Of a stretch of DNA of 64,000 nt, positions 25,263 through 34,959 are shown piece by piece. Position 1 is the first letter of the stretch. Every line of letters starts with the position of its first letter. The translations under genes were made by a program, and so were the position numbers. This DNA is from Xanthobacteraceae bacterium (GTDB taxonomy: Bacteria > Pseudomonadota > Alphaproteobacteria > Rhizobiales > Xanthobacteraceae): positions 4,730 through 68,729 of the forward strand of contig DATAQN010000250.1 of NCBI GenBank assembly GCA_036264635.1, given 5' to 3'. The notes below the pieces were generated by a model. It saw nothing but the letters and a program-made list of their open reading frames with translations. It had not been told where the DNA came from and ran no database searches.

Positions 25263-26825
25263 ATGACCAGCGAAATCGTTCCGGAAGATAAGCCTCGTAT
25301 TGCTGCCGACGCCCCGGGCAAGGCGAGGGCTGCCGCCTATTCAGACGCAGGAACGTCGTCCGACACCGAGCCATCCGCAGCGCAGCCGCTCGATCACAGC
25401 GCCGCGCGCGCCATCATTTTCGGTATCATGCTGGCGATGTTCCTCTCCGCGCTGGAACAGACCATCGTCGCGCCGGCACTGCCGGCGATCGGCAAGAGTC
25501 TCGGCGGCATCGATGATCTGCCTTGGGTCGTGACTGCTTATCTGCTGGCGGCCACTGCGGCGACGCCGCTATTCGGCAAGCTCTCGGATATCTACGGCCG
25601 CCGCGCCATCATGCTTACGGCGATCCTGGTGTTTGTCATCGGCTCGGTCGCCTGCGCGCTGGCGCCATCGATCTGGATCCTGATTGCCGCACGTGCGCTG
25701 CAAGGCATCGGCGGTGGCGGATTGCTGCCGATCGCGCAGACGGTCATCGGCGACTTGCTGAGCCCGCGCGAACGTCCCGCCGTCATGGGCCACATGTCGA
25801 TCATGTTCGTAGCCGCGAGCGCGCTTGGGCCTGTGCTTGGCGGCCTGCTGACCGATCATCTGCACTGGTCGCTGATTTTCTGGATCAACTTGCCGCTCGG
25901 CCTGATCGCGCTCGCCACCACCGACCGGGCGCTGCGCAAATTGCCGAGGCACGATCGCCGCCATGAGCTCGATGTCTTGGGTGCGGCGGCGATGGTCGCG
26001 GCGGCGCTGTCGCTGATGTTCGCGCTCGCTTGGGGCGGCACCTATTATCCGTGGGGCTCGTGGCCTGTCGTGTCGCTGTTCGCCGCGTCCGCCATCTTGT
26101 GGTGCCTGTTCGCGCTGCGTCTTCTGAGCGCGCGCGAGCCGTTCATTCCGCTCGCCATTCTCGGCGGCCGCGTCACCGGCACGATCATCTGCGCGGCTTT
26201 CTTTTCCGTCGGCACCATCATTGGCGTGACGATCTACACGCCGCTCTATTGCCAGACTGTGCTCGGCATTTCGGCGAGCCAGTCGGGTCTGATCCTGATC
26301 GCATTCATGATCGGCACCGTTATCGCCTCGCAGGCTACGATGCGGCTGATGGTGCGGATGACGCACTACATGCGGATTCCGATGGTGAGTCTGACGATGG
26401 CCATCATCGCGCTTGGCTTTCTCGCGGCCAGTCCGGCGGGATATTCGTGGCCTGAATTTGCGTTCCTTCTGTTCGTGCTCGGATTGGGCCTCGGCCCGAT
26501 GTACCCGATGAGCACTTTGGTGACGCAAAATTCGGTGAAGCCGCCGCAGATGGGGACGGCGACCGGGGCGCTCAATTTCTTCCGCACGCTTGGCGGCGCG
26601 ATCATTGTCGCGGTGTTCGGCGCGCTCGTGCTTGGTGGGGCGTCCGACGGCTCGGAGGTCATGACCCTGGAAAAGGTCGCGGCGGCGCATCGCAACCTGG
26701 CGCCGGCATTTCAAAATGTTTTCATCGCCGCGATCATCTTTATTGCGATTGCGTTGTGCTGCCTTCTGATTGTCGAAGAGCGGCCGATGCAGGGCCCGCG
26801 GCTGGTCGACGCGGGTATCGAGTAA
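25263..26825 (+). CDS. MFS transporter, DHA2 (EmrB/QacA-like, 14-TM) family
   Basis: ATG 25263. GKLSDIYGRR motif, about 14 hydrophobic helices, and LQGIGGGGLLP. Confidence 0.88.
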   Translation: MTSEIVPEDKPRIAADAPGKARAAAYSDAGTSSDTEPSAAQPLDHSAARAIIFGIMLAMFLSALEQTIVAPALPAIGKSLGGIDDLPWVVTAYLLAATAATPLFGKLSDIYGRRAIMLTAILVFVIGSVACALAPSIWILIAARALQGIGGGGLLPIAQTVIGDLLSPRERPAVMGHMSIMFVAASALGPVLGGLLTDHLHWSLIFWINLPLGLIALATTDRALRKLPRHDRRHELDVLGAAAMVAAALSLMFALAWGGTYYPWGSWPVVSLFAASAILWCLFALRLLSAREPFIPLAILGGRVTGTIICAAFFSVGTIIGVTIYTPLYCQTVLGISASQSGLILIAFMIGTVIASQATMRLMVRMTHYMRIPMVSLTMAIIALGFLAASPAGYSWPEFAFLLFVLGLGLGPMYPMSTLVTQNSVKPPQMGTATGALNFFRTLGGAIIVAVFGALVLGGASDGSEVMTLEKVAAAHRNLAPAFQNVFIAAIIFIAIALCCLLIVEERPMQGPRLVDAGIE

Positions 26826-26838
26826 CGGTGTCGAATGA

Positions 26839-27687
26839 TCACGGCGGCAGCGGCGAGCCGAGCGCCTTCGCGGTGTCGGCGATCCATGGGCGATAGTGCG
26901 CGAGCGGCGTGAGCCCGGTCAGGCCGCCGCAGCCGCCTGTAAGGTTCGGGCCGGTCGACCAGCTGACAATGCCGATCACCACAGGACCGCCGTTATCGCC
27001 GCGAAATGCCGGTGCGCCGGAATCGCCGGTGCAGGCGCCAAGGCCCGCGCTTAGCCCCTTGGTTGCCGGATCGAACAGGCGGACTTCGAGTGAGCTCGGA
27101 TGACCGGTGACGGTGAGCGTGGCCACGTGCGCGAGACCGTCGAGCCGGTCAGCGCCGCGGACCGTCACGCCGATGCCGGCGACGGTCACCGTGTCGCCGA
27201 TTGCGACCTGTTCGTCGGCATTGGCGAGCCGTGCCGGTGCGATGCGCGCCGGCGCAGGCTCGCCAAGCTTGAGCAGCGCGACGTCCGCGGTAGCGAGATG
27301 CGAGAACAGGCGCTTGATATCGAATTGCGGGTGACGTGCAGTGCGCACCACGTCTTTGAGCGCCGGCACTTGGCCCGGTACCGTGTCCGCGAGCTTGTAG
27401 CGGCCGTCGGGCTCCACGCAATGTCCGGCCGTCAGCAACAGATCGCGCGCAATCGCGGTCGCGGTGCAAAAGGTACCGTAGGAGCTGAGGATCGTCACGA
27501 CCGAATTACGGATACCGCCGCTCGCGGCCGGCGCGCCACCGACCATGGCGGAACTCGGCACGACGGCGGCGCTGCCGAGGGCCAAGAGCGCGATTGCCGG
27601 AATCAGGAATGGCAGGGATCGCACCACGCTGGTGTGGACGCTGAGCCGGGTCCTGGACCGTGGCATTGTCGATTTTTCTCGTGTCAT
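26839..27687 (-). CDS. Secreted trypsin-like (S1 family) serine protease
   Basis: Signal peptide, His motif LLTAGHCV, and Ser motif CTGDSGAPAF. The start may be 27666 instead. Confidence 0.85.
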   Translation of the reverse strand: MTREKSTMPRSRTRLSVHTSVVRSLPFLIPAIALLALGSAAVVPSSAMVGGAPAASGGIRNSVVTILSSYGTFCTATAIARDLLLTAGHCVEPDGRYKLADTVPGQVPALKDVVRTARHPQFDIKRLFSHLATADVALLKLGEPAPARIAPARLANADEQVAIGDTVTVAGIGVTVRGADRLDGLAHVATLTVTGHPSSLEVRLFDPATKGLSAGLGACTGDSGAPAFRGDNGGPVVIGIVSWSTGPNLTGGCGGLTGLTPLAHYRPWIADTAKALGSPLPP

Positions 27688-27782
27688 TGCAGATGGATAG
27701 CGGTGTCTTCAAGTTTTCGTGTTGAGCGCGCCTTGGATCGGCTGTTCACGCGGGGTTCACAGCCTGCGCGTTAGGAGAAACC

Positions 27783-28193
27783 ATGAGTGCCCCCCTGCGA
27801 TTCGCCATTGGTATCCTGTTTGTGCTCGGCGTTCTGCCGGTTTTTGGATCGGCGCGCGGCGAGGACAATGGTCGTGCAGTCCGTGTGGATCCGGCCCGCG
27901 CGGAGGAGACCACTCAGACCACCACCACCCGCCCGTCGGCTCCCGCCGCTAATGAAAGCGGCCACGCCTGCCTCGACCAGCGCGAGCGTCGCGCCGAAGT
28001 CGGCAAGCTCATTCCCCTCGCCGCCGCGATGCGCACAGTCAGAGCCCGGATGCCTGGCAGCACCGTGGTGCGGGCGCGGTTATGCCGCGGTTCCGATGGC
28101 CTCGTCTATGTGCTGACAGTTCTCGCCCGCGATGGCAAAGTGGCCCGCCTTACCGTCGACGCCGTGAAAGGCACGCTTGTCGGCGGTCTCTAG
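27783..28193 (+). CDS. PepSY domain-containing exported protein
   Basis: 136 aa with a signal peptide. The C-terminal ...VVRARLCRGSDGLVYVLTVLARDGKVARLTVDAVKGTLVG has a PepSY-like topology. RBS is AGGAGA. Confidence 0.7.
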   Translation: MSAPLRFAIGILFVLGVLPVFGSARGEDNGRAVRVDPARAEETTQTTTTRPSAPAANESGHACLDQRERRAEVGKLIPLAAAMRTVRARMPGSTVVRARLCRGSDGLVYVLTVLARDGKVARLTVDAVKGTLVGGL

Positions 28194-28240
28194 CATGGTC
28201 CGGAACAGCGGTTAACGGCTTTCCGATAAGGATCATGCGC
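28192..28240. repeat. Degenerate REP-like element, family 1
   Basis: agcatggtccggaacagcgg...acggctttccgataaggatcatgcgc aligns with the copies at 17017 and 35775. Confidence 0.5.
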
Positions 28241-28263
28241 CAGTGATCTGAGCGGAGCTTTCC

Positions 28264-28932
28264 TTGCGGCTTCTTGTCGTCGAAGACGATCCTGACCTTA
28301 ACCGGCAGCTCGCCACCGCCCTGACCGATGCCGGCTATGTCGTCGACCGTGCCTTCGATGGCGAGGAGGGGCATTATCTCGGCGAGAGCGAGCCCTACGA
28401 CGCGGTGATCCTCGACATCGGTCTGCCGAAGATGGATGGCATCTCGGTCCTGGAAGCGTGGCGGCGTTCCGGCCGCGCCATGCCGGTCCTGATCCTCACC
28501 GCGCGCGACCGCTGGAGCGATAAGGTGCAGGGCTTCGACGCCGGCGCCGACGACTATGTCGCCAAGCCATTTCATCTCGAAGAAGTGCTGGCGCGGGTGC
28601 GGGCGCTGCTGCGCCGCTCGGCGGGCCATGCCAAGAGCGAATTCACCTGCGGGCCGGTCCGGCTCGACACCCGCACCGGCCGCGTTGCCGTGGACGGCAA
28701 TCCGGTGAAGCTCACCTCGCACGAATACCGGCTGCTGTCGTATCTGATGCACCATACCGGCCGCGTCGTGTCGCGCACCGAATTGGTCGAGCATCTTTAC
28801 GATCAGGATTTTGACCGCGACTCCAACACAATCGAAGTCTTCGTCGGGCGTATCCGCAAGAAGCTCGGCGTCGATGTTATCCAAACCGTGCGCGGTCTCG
28901 GCTATCTCCTGACCCCGCCCGATGCGCGCTAA
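28264..28932 (+). CDS. OmpR-family response regulator
   Basis: TTG start. LRLLVVEDDPDL, DAVILDIGLPKMDG and DDYVAKPF, plus a winged-helix C-terminus (IEVFVGRIRKKL...TVRGLGY). Confidence 0.92.
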   Translation: MRLLVVEDDPDLNRQLATALTDAGYVVDRAFDGEEGHYLGESEPYDAVILDIGLPKMDGISVLEAWRRSGRAMPVLILTARDRWSDKVQGFDAGADDYVAKPFHLEEVLARVRALLRRSAGHAKSEFTCGPVRLDTRTGRVAVDGNPVKLTSHEYRLLSYLMHHTGRVVSRTELVEHLYDQDFDRDSNTIEVFVGRIRKKLGVDVIQTVRGLGYLLTPPDAR

Positions 28933-30295
28933 TTCGCTCGCGGTTCGGCTGTTTCTCTGGGCTACGGTCTGGACGGTGGTCATTCTCATTGTTACCGGCG
29001 TCGCGCTGTCGACGCTCTATCGCCATGCCGTCGAACGCGCGTTCGACCGCCGCCTCGACGTTTATCTGCGGACGCTTGTCGCCGACGTCGCCTCGCCGGA
29101 AGAGGGCGGCGAGAAGTTTCCGCAGTCGATCGGCGAACCTCTGTTCGAATTGCCGCTGTCGGGCTGGTACTGGCAGGTTACGCGACTCGACACCAAGACG
29201 CCGGAAGTGCACTCCTCGCGCTCGCTGTGGGATAGCAATCTGCCGAAGCTCGCCGACGATCATTCGGCAGCTGCGGCCGAATATCGCCAGGGCTATGCGC
29301 AGGGACCCGAGGAGCAGAAATTGCGCATCGTCGAGCGCAATATCGATCTCGGCAGCGATGGCCGTTATCTGATATCGGTCGCAGGCGATGCATCCGAGAT
29401 CGATGACGAGACCGGGAGCTTCGACCGCGCCATCGGCATGACATTCGCGGCGCTGACCGTGGCGCTGCTGCTGACAACGGTATTACAAGTGCGCTTCGGG
29501 CTTGCGCCGCTCAAGCGCATCACCGGAAGCCTTGCCGAAATCCGCTCCGGCCGCGCCGAGCGGCTGCAGGGTGATTTTCCGGTCGAGATCGCGCCTCTGG
29601 CGCGCGAGACCAATGCGCTGATTGATGCCAATCGCGAGATTGTCGAGCGCGCCCGTACTCACGCGGGCAATCTTGCGCATGCGCTCAAAACTCCGCTCTC
29701 GGTCATCGTCAACGAGGCGGTCGCCCGCGGTGGCGATCCCCTCGCGCAGAAAGTGCTGGAGCAGACCGACATCATGCGCGATCAGGTGACGCGCCAGTTG
29801 GAGCGGGCGCGGCTTGCCGCGCGACCGAGCGTCATCGGCACGCTGGTCGACATTCCGCCCGTCGTCACCGCGCTTGCCCGCACCATGGAGAAGCTTTATC
29901 GCGCCCGCGACATTGCCATCGACCTCGACGTGGCAAAGATCGCGCAGTTCCGCGGCGAGCAGCAGGATCTCGAGGAGATGATCGGCAATCTCGTGGACAA
30001 CAGCTGCAAATGGGCGCTGTCGCGGGTGGCGATCGAAGTCGTCGCCGATCAGCTGCCGGCGAGCGACGGGAAGTCGCGCGTGCGCATCATAGTCGACGAC
30101 GACGGGCCCGGCCTTTCGCCCGCGGAGCGCGAACAAGTGGCGCAGCGCGGCCGCAGGCTCGATGAGACCAAGCCCGGCTCCGGCCTTGGCCTCTCGATCG
30201 TGGTCGAGCTGGCAAGCCTCTATGGCGGCGTATTGACGCTAGGTACGGCGCCCATCGGCGGTCTGCGCGCAGAGCTCGCGCTGCCGGGCGGCTGA
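28922..30295 (+). CDS. Sensor histidine kinase (2 TM, HAMP, HisKA, HATPase_c)
   Basis: ATG overlaps the regulator stop by 11 nt. H-box HAGNLAHALKTPLS, N-box IGNLVDNSCKWA, and DDDGPGL / GSGLGLSIV. Confidence 0.9.
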   Translation: MRANSLAVRLFLWATVWTVVILIVTGVALSTLYRHAVERAFDRRLDVYLRTLVADVASPEEGGEKFPQSIGEPLFELPLSGWYWQVTRLDTKTPEVHSSRSLWDSNLPKLADDHSAAAAEYRQGYAQGPEEQKLRIVERNIDLGSDGRYLISVAGDASEIDDETGSFDRAIGMTFAALTVALLLTTVLQVRFGLAPLKRITGSLAEIRSGRAERLQGDFPVEIAPLARETNALIDANREIVERARTHAGNLAHALKTPLSVIVNEAVARGGDPLAQKVLEQTDIMRDQVTRQLERARLAARPSVIGTLVDIPPVVTALARTMEKLYRARDIAIDLDVAKIAQFRGEQQDLEEMIGNLVDNSCKWALSRVAIEVVADQLPASDGKSRVRIIVDDDGPGLSPAEREQVAQRGRRLDETKPGSGLGLSIVVELASLYGGVLTLGTAPIGGLRAELALPGG

Positions 30296-30406
30296 TCGCC
30301 ACGCGACCTGTCGCCGGCAGGCGAGGATGACGAGGGCGCGCTCGATCATGTAGTCTAACTATGAGGGACAGCCATCCGATAGAGCGGTCTCACAGGGAGG
30401 GTTTTC

Positions 30407-31426
30407 ATGCGATTGTCTCGCCGTCGGCTGCTGGCAAGCGGCACCTCGATCGTTTTCGCCGGTGCGGTCGCCGCGCCATTCGTGGCCCGCGCCCAGCAGG
30501 CGCAATGGAGCTACAAATACGCCAACAACCTTCCCGACACGCATCCGATGAATGTGCGCGCGCGCGAAATGGCGGCTGCGATCAAGGATCAGACCGGCGG
30601 CCGTTTCGAGCTGCAGATTTTCCCGTCGAGCCAGCTCGGCTCCGATACCGATCCGCTGAGCCAGATCCGCTCGGGCGGTGTCGAGTTCTTCACTTTGTCC
30701 GGGCTGATCCTGTCGACGCTCGTTCCTGCGGCCTCAATCAATGGCCTCGGCTTCGCGTTTCCGAGCTACGACGCGGTGTGGCGGGCGATGGACGGCCATC
30801 TCGGCGGCTATGTGCGAGCGCAGATCGCCAAATCCGGTCTCATCGCCATGGAGAAGATCTGGGACAACGGCTTTCGCCAAACCACGACCTCGACCAAGCC
30901 GATCGTCGCGCCCGAAGACTTCAAGGGCATGAAGCTGCGCGTGCCGCCATCGCCGTTGTGGACCTCGATGTTCAAGGCGCTCGACGCCGCGCCGGCCTCG
31001 ATCAATTTCAACGAAGTCTATTCGGCTCTGCAGACCAAGATCGTCGACGGCCAGGAAAATCCGCTGGCGATCATCTCGACTGCCAAGCTCTATGAGGTGC
31101 AGAAATATTGCTCGCTCACCAATCACATGTGGGACGGCTTCTGGTTTCTGGCCAATCAGCGCGCTTGGGAGGCGTTGCCTGAGGATGTGCGCGGCATCGT
31201 CGCCAAGAACATCAACATGGCCGGCTTGAAGGAACGCGAGGACGTGGCCGAGCTCAACGCAACTCTGCAAAAGAGCCTCGCAGCCAAGGGCCTGGCGTTC
31301 AATCAGCCGGATCCGGCGCCGTTCCGCGACAAGCTCCGCGCCGCCGGCTTCTACAGCGAGTGGCGGGGCAAATACGGCGACGAAGCCTGGGGTTTGCTTG
31401 AAAAATCCACCGGCAAGCTCGCGTGA
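30407..31426 (+). CDS. dctP: TRAP transporter substrate-binding protein (DctP family)
   Basis: 339 aa. The Tat/Sec-like signal MRLSRRRLLASG is followed by a DctP-type fold sequence (...FPSSQLGSD..., MEKIWDNGFRQ). RBS is AGGGAGG. Confidence 0.9.
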   Translation: MRLSRRRLLASGTSIVFAGAVAAPFVARAQQAQWSYKYANNLPDTHPMNVRAREMAAAIKDQTGGRFELQIFPSSQLGSDTDPLSQIRSGGVEFFTLSGLILSTLVPAASINGLGFAFPSYDAVWRAMDGHLGGYVRAQIAKSGLIAMEKIWDNGFRQTTTSTKPIVAPEDFKGMKLRVPPSPLWTSMFKALDAAPASINFNEVYSALQTKIVDGQENPLAIISTAKLYEVQKYCSLTNHMWDGFWFLANQRAWEALPEDVRGIVAKNINMAGLKEREDVAELNATLQKSLAAKGLAFNQPDPAPFRDKLRAAGFYSEWRGKYGDEAWGLLEKSTGKLA

Positions 31427-31433
31427 TCCGGCG

Positions 31434-33311
31434 GTGAGCACGCTGCAAACCGCTTCCTTTGCCAAGGGGAGCGCAGGCGGCTCGCACTCTTTCTTGGCGA
31501 CGGTGGAAGCGTCGCTCGGCGCCTTTGTCGAGCTTGTGGCGGCGGCGCTGGTCAGCGCCGAGATTCTGATCCTGTTCGGCGGTGTGGTGTCCCGTTATGT
31601 GTTCAACCGGCCACTGGTGTGGTCGGACGAACTCGCGTCGACTTTGTTCCTGTGGCTCGCAATGTTCGGTGCGGTCATCGCATTTCGCCGCGACGAGCAT
31701 ATGCGTATGACCGCTTGTGTCGGCGCGCTGCCGCGGCGTTGGCGGGCGGCGCTCGACACTTTTGCGACGGGGGCAGCGCTTGCCTTTCTCGTGCTGATCG
31801 CCTGGCCGACTTATCAATATGCCGTCTATCAGCTGCCGATCACCACTTCGGCGCTCGAGATCACCGACAGCTGGCGTGCCGCAGCCATGCCTGCGGGCAT
31901 CGCCTTGATGATTGTTTTTGCGCTGCTGCGACTGGCACGCACCGGCACTCTGGTCACGTCGCTGGTCTCGCTCGGCGTTATCGCTGCGATCGTCGCGCTG
32001 TTCTTCGCTGGCGGGCCGATGTTCCTCAAGCTCGGCAATCTCAATCTCCTGATTTTCTTTGTCGGCGTGGTTGCGGCCGCGGTTTTTGCCGGCGTGCCGA
32101 TCGCCTTTGCTTTCGGATTGGCCATCTTCGGCTATCTGGCGCTTGCCACGCACACGCCGTTGATGGTTCTGGTCGGTCGCATGGACGAGGGGATGAGCCA
32201 TCTTATCCTTCTCGCCGTGCCGCTCTTTGTCTTCCTCGGCCTGCTCATCGAGATGACCGGCATGGCCGCCGCCATGGTGGCATTCCTGGCGAGCCTGTTG
32301 GGTCACGTGCGCGGCGGCCTGCATTATGTGCTGGTCGCGGCGATGTATCTCGTCTCCGGCATTTCCGGCGCGAAGGCAGCCGACATGGCTGCCGTGGCGC
32401 CAGTGCTGTTTCCGGAAATGAAGGCGCGCGGCGCCAAGCCCGGCGATCTCGTTGCGCTCTTGTCGGCGACCGGGGCCCAGACCGAAACCATTCCGCCAAG
32501 CCTTGTTCTCATCACGATCGGATCGGTGACCGGCGTCTCGATCGCGGCCTTGTTCACCGGCGGATTGCTTCCCAGCGTCGTGCTTGCGGCTCTATTGTGC
32601 GGTGTCGTGCGCTGGCGATACCGGCGGGAAAGTGCGAAGCAGGCGCAGCGCGCCAGCAAGGGCGAAATCGCGCGCGCTTTTTTGATTGCGCTGCCGGCGT
32701 TGGTCTTGCCGTTCCTGATCCGCGCCGCCGTAGTCGAAGGCATCGCCACCGCGACCGAAGTCTCCACCATCGGTATCGCCTATTCGGCTGTCGCCGGCGT
32801 TGTGATCTATCGTCGTTTCGACTGGGCGGCGTTGCGGCCGATGCTGGTGTCGACCGCCGCTTTGTCCGGTGCAATTCTTCTGATTATCGGCACTGCGACC
32901 GGCATGGCCTGGGGACTGACGCAGTCCGGATTCTCGCGCACGTTGGCGGCGGCGATGCAAGGACTGCCGGGAGGTGCCGCGACTTTCTTGGCGGCATCGA
33001 TCGCCGCCTTTGTCGTGCTCGGCTCGGTGCTCGAAGGCATTCCCGCCATCGTGCTGTTCGGGCCGTTGTTGTTCCCGATCGCCAGGGCTGTCGGTATCCA
33101 CGAAGTGCATTATGCGATGGTCGTGATCCTGGCGATGGGCATCGGGCTGTTCGCGCCGCCATTCGGCGTCGGTTACTACGCGGCCTGTGCCATCGGCCGC
33201 GTCGAGCCGGCGGATGGTATGCGGCCGATCCTTGCCTATATGCTGGCGCTGATCATCGGTACGATCATCGTTGCGGCGGTGCCCTGGATATCGACCGGAT
33301 TCTTGAGCTAG
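31434..33311 (+). CDS. TRAP transporter fused small/large permease (DctQ-DctM fusion)
   Basis: The N-terminal ~170 aa are DctQ-like (SRYVFNRPLVWSDELASTLFLWLAMFGA). The rest is DctM-like (GVPIAFAFGL..., LYLVSGISGAKAADMAA). I chose the GTG at 31434, 8 nt after the dctP stop. The track starts at TTG 31398. Confidence 0.88.
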   Translation: MSTLQTASFAKGSAGGSHSFLATVEASLGAFVELVAAALVSAEILILFGGVVSRYVFNRPLVWSDELASTLFLWLAMFGAVIAFRRDEHMRMTACVGALPRRWRAALDTFATGAALAFLVLIAWPTYQYAVYQLPITTSALEITDSWRAAAMPAGIALMIVFALLRLARTGTLVTSLVSLGVIAAIVALFFAGGPMFLKLGNLNLLIFFVGVVAAAVFAGVPIAFAFGLAIFGYLALATHTPLMVLVGRMDEGMSHLILLAVPLFVFLGLLIEMTGMAAAMVAFLASLLGHVRGGLHYVLVAAMYLVSGISGAKAADMAAVAPVLFPEMKARGAKPGDLVALLSATGAQTETIPPSLVLITIGSVTGVSIAALFTGGLLPSVVLAALLCGVVRWRYRRESAKQAQRASKGEIARAFLIALPALVLPFLIRAAVVEGIATATEVSTIGIAYSAVAGVVIYRRFDWAALRPMLVSTAALSGAILLIIGTATGMAWGLTQSGFSRTLAAAMQGLPGGAATFLAASIAAFVVLGSVLEGIPAIVLFGPLLFPIARAVGIHEVHYAMVVILAMGIGLFAPPFGVGYYAACAIGRVEPADGMRPILAYMLALIIGTIIVAAVPWISTGFLS

Positions 33312-33375
33312 CGCGAGCGTGCAGATGGACGCCGGAATTGCCAAGGGCGGTGTCGCTCCTTCGTCAAAGCGCGTG

Positions 33376-34959
33376 ATGAATCTCGCGCATTTTCTCCGTC
33401 AGACCGCAAAGCGCGATGGCAGCGAGGTCGGTCTGGTTTGGGGCGAGCGGAAGTGGGGCTGGGCCGATCTCGACCGTCGTGCGGATGCTATGGCGCTGGC
33501 GCTCGCCGCGCGCGGCATCGGCAGGGGCGACCGCGTTCTGGTTCAGTCCAAGAATTGCAATCAGATGTTCGAGTCGATGTTCGCCTGCTTCCGGCTCGGC
33601 GCGGTGTGGGTGCCGACCAATTTTCGTCTGACCGCGGACGAAGTCGCCTATCTGGCCGAGGCCAGCGGCGCCTCGGCGATGATCTGCGGCGCCGAATTTC
33701 CCGATCATGCGCAGGCGGCAAAACAAGCCGCGCCCAGTATCGGCACGATGATCTCGATCGGGCAGGGCGGTTTCGGCGAAGACTATGATGCGCTGGTTGC
33801 CTCTCACGAAGGACAAAGCGCGCCGGAAGCCGGCGTCGAGCGCGACGATCCGTGCTGGTTCTTTTTCACCTCCGGCACGACCGGCCGGCCCAAGGCGGCC
33901 GTGCTGACGCATGGCCAGATGGGTTTCGTCATCACCAATCATCTGTGCGATCTGATGCCGGGTACCACGGCGCGCGACGCCTCGCTTGTGGTCGCGCCGC
34001 TGTCGCATGGCGCGGGCATTCATCAACTGGCGCAAGTCGCTCGCGGCGCCAAGACGGTATTGCTGGGCAGCGACAAATTCAATCCCGCCGAAGCCTGGCG
34101 GCTGGTCGCGCAATGGCGCGTCAGCAACATGTTCACGGTGCCGACGATCCTGAAGCTGCTCGCCGAGCATCCAGCCGCGGATCAATACGACCACTCCTCG
34201 CTGCGCTACGTCATCTATGCCGGCGCGCCGATGTATCGCGAGGATCAAAAGCGAGCGCTCCACAAACTCGGCAAGGTGCTGGTGCAATATTTTGGTCTTG
34301 GCGAAGTAACCGGAAACATCACGGTGCTGCCGCCGGATCTGCATGAGCCGGATGACGGGCCGGACGTGAAGATCGGTACCTGCGGCTATGCACGGACTGG
34401 CATGCAGATCTCTATTCAGGACGACAGTGGCACCGAATTGCCGGCTGGGCAGACCGGCGAGATTTGCGTCTGCGGACCCGCGGTCTTTGCCGGCTATTAC
34501 GACAACCCCGACGCCAATACGAAGGCGTTTCGCGACGGCTGGTTCCGCACCGGCGATCTCGGTCACATGGACGAGCAGGGCTTTCTCTACATCACCGGCC
34601 GCGCCTCCGACATGTACATTTCCGGTGGCTCGAATGTCTATCCGCGCGAAATCGAAGAGAAGGTGCTGACGCATCCGGCGGTGGCCGAAGCTGCCATCGT
34701 CGGTGTGCCGGATCCGATGTGGGGCGAGGTCGGCATTGCCGTCTGCGTGCTGCGGCGCGATGCGACGCTCGACGAGCAGGAATTGCTGACATGGCTCGCG
34801 CCCAAAGTGGCCCGCTACAAGCTGCCCAAGCGGGTCTTTTTCTGGAACGAATTGCCGCGGTCCGGCTACGGCAAGATCACCAAAAAGCTGATCCGCGCCG
34901 AGCTCGATGCGCGCGGTTGCCTGGCGTCGAATCAAGCCTCGTCAGTCTCAGTGGCGTGA
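33376..34959 (+). CDS. AMP-dependent acyl-CoA synthetase/ligase
   Basis: AMP-binding motif FFTSGTTGRPKAAV, plus GEICVCGP..GYY and FRTGDLG..DEQGFLYITGR. Confidence 0.9.
   Translation: MNLAHFLRQTAKRDGSEVGLVWGERKWGWADLDRRADAMALALAARGIGRGDRVLVQSKNCNQMFESMFACFRLGAVWVPTNFRLTADEVAYLAEASGASAMICGAEFPDHAQAAKQAAPSIGTMISIGQGGFGEDYDALVASHEGQSAPEAGVERDDPCWFFFTSGTTGRPKAAVLTHGQMGFVITNHLCDLMPGTTARDASLVVAPLSHGAGIHQLAQVARGAKTVLLGSDKFNPAEAWRLVAQWRVSNMFTVPTILKLLAEHPAADQYDHSSLRYVIYAGAPMYREDQKRALHKLGKVLVQYFGLGEVTGNITVLPPDLHEPDDGPDVKIGTCGYARTGMQISIQDDSGTELPAGQTGEICVCGPAVFAGYYDNPDANTKAFRDGWFRTGDLGHMDEQGFLYITGRASDMYISGGSNVYPREIEEKVLTHPAVAEAAIVGVPDPMWGEVGIAVCVLRRDATLDEQELLTWLAPKVARYKLPKRVFFWNELPRSGYGKITKKLIRAELDARGCLASNQASSVSVA

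Noticed and set aside
33364-34935. 523-aa minus-strand ORF antisense to the acyl-CoA ligase. Similar long antisense ORFs occur at 25569-26714, 11613-12905, 7538-8530, 46350-47399, 47233-48177, 50307-51275, 52843-54348, 56123-57547, 57551-58849, 31299-32324 and 23335-24444.
   Set aside because: These are typical high-GC shadow ORFs. Their composition is Arg/Gly/Ala/His-rich and low-complexity. They have no motifs, and each fully overlaps a gene with clear family signatures on the other strand.
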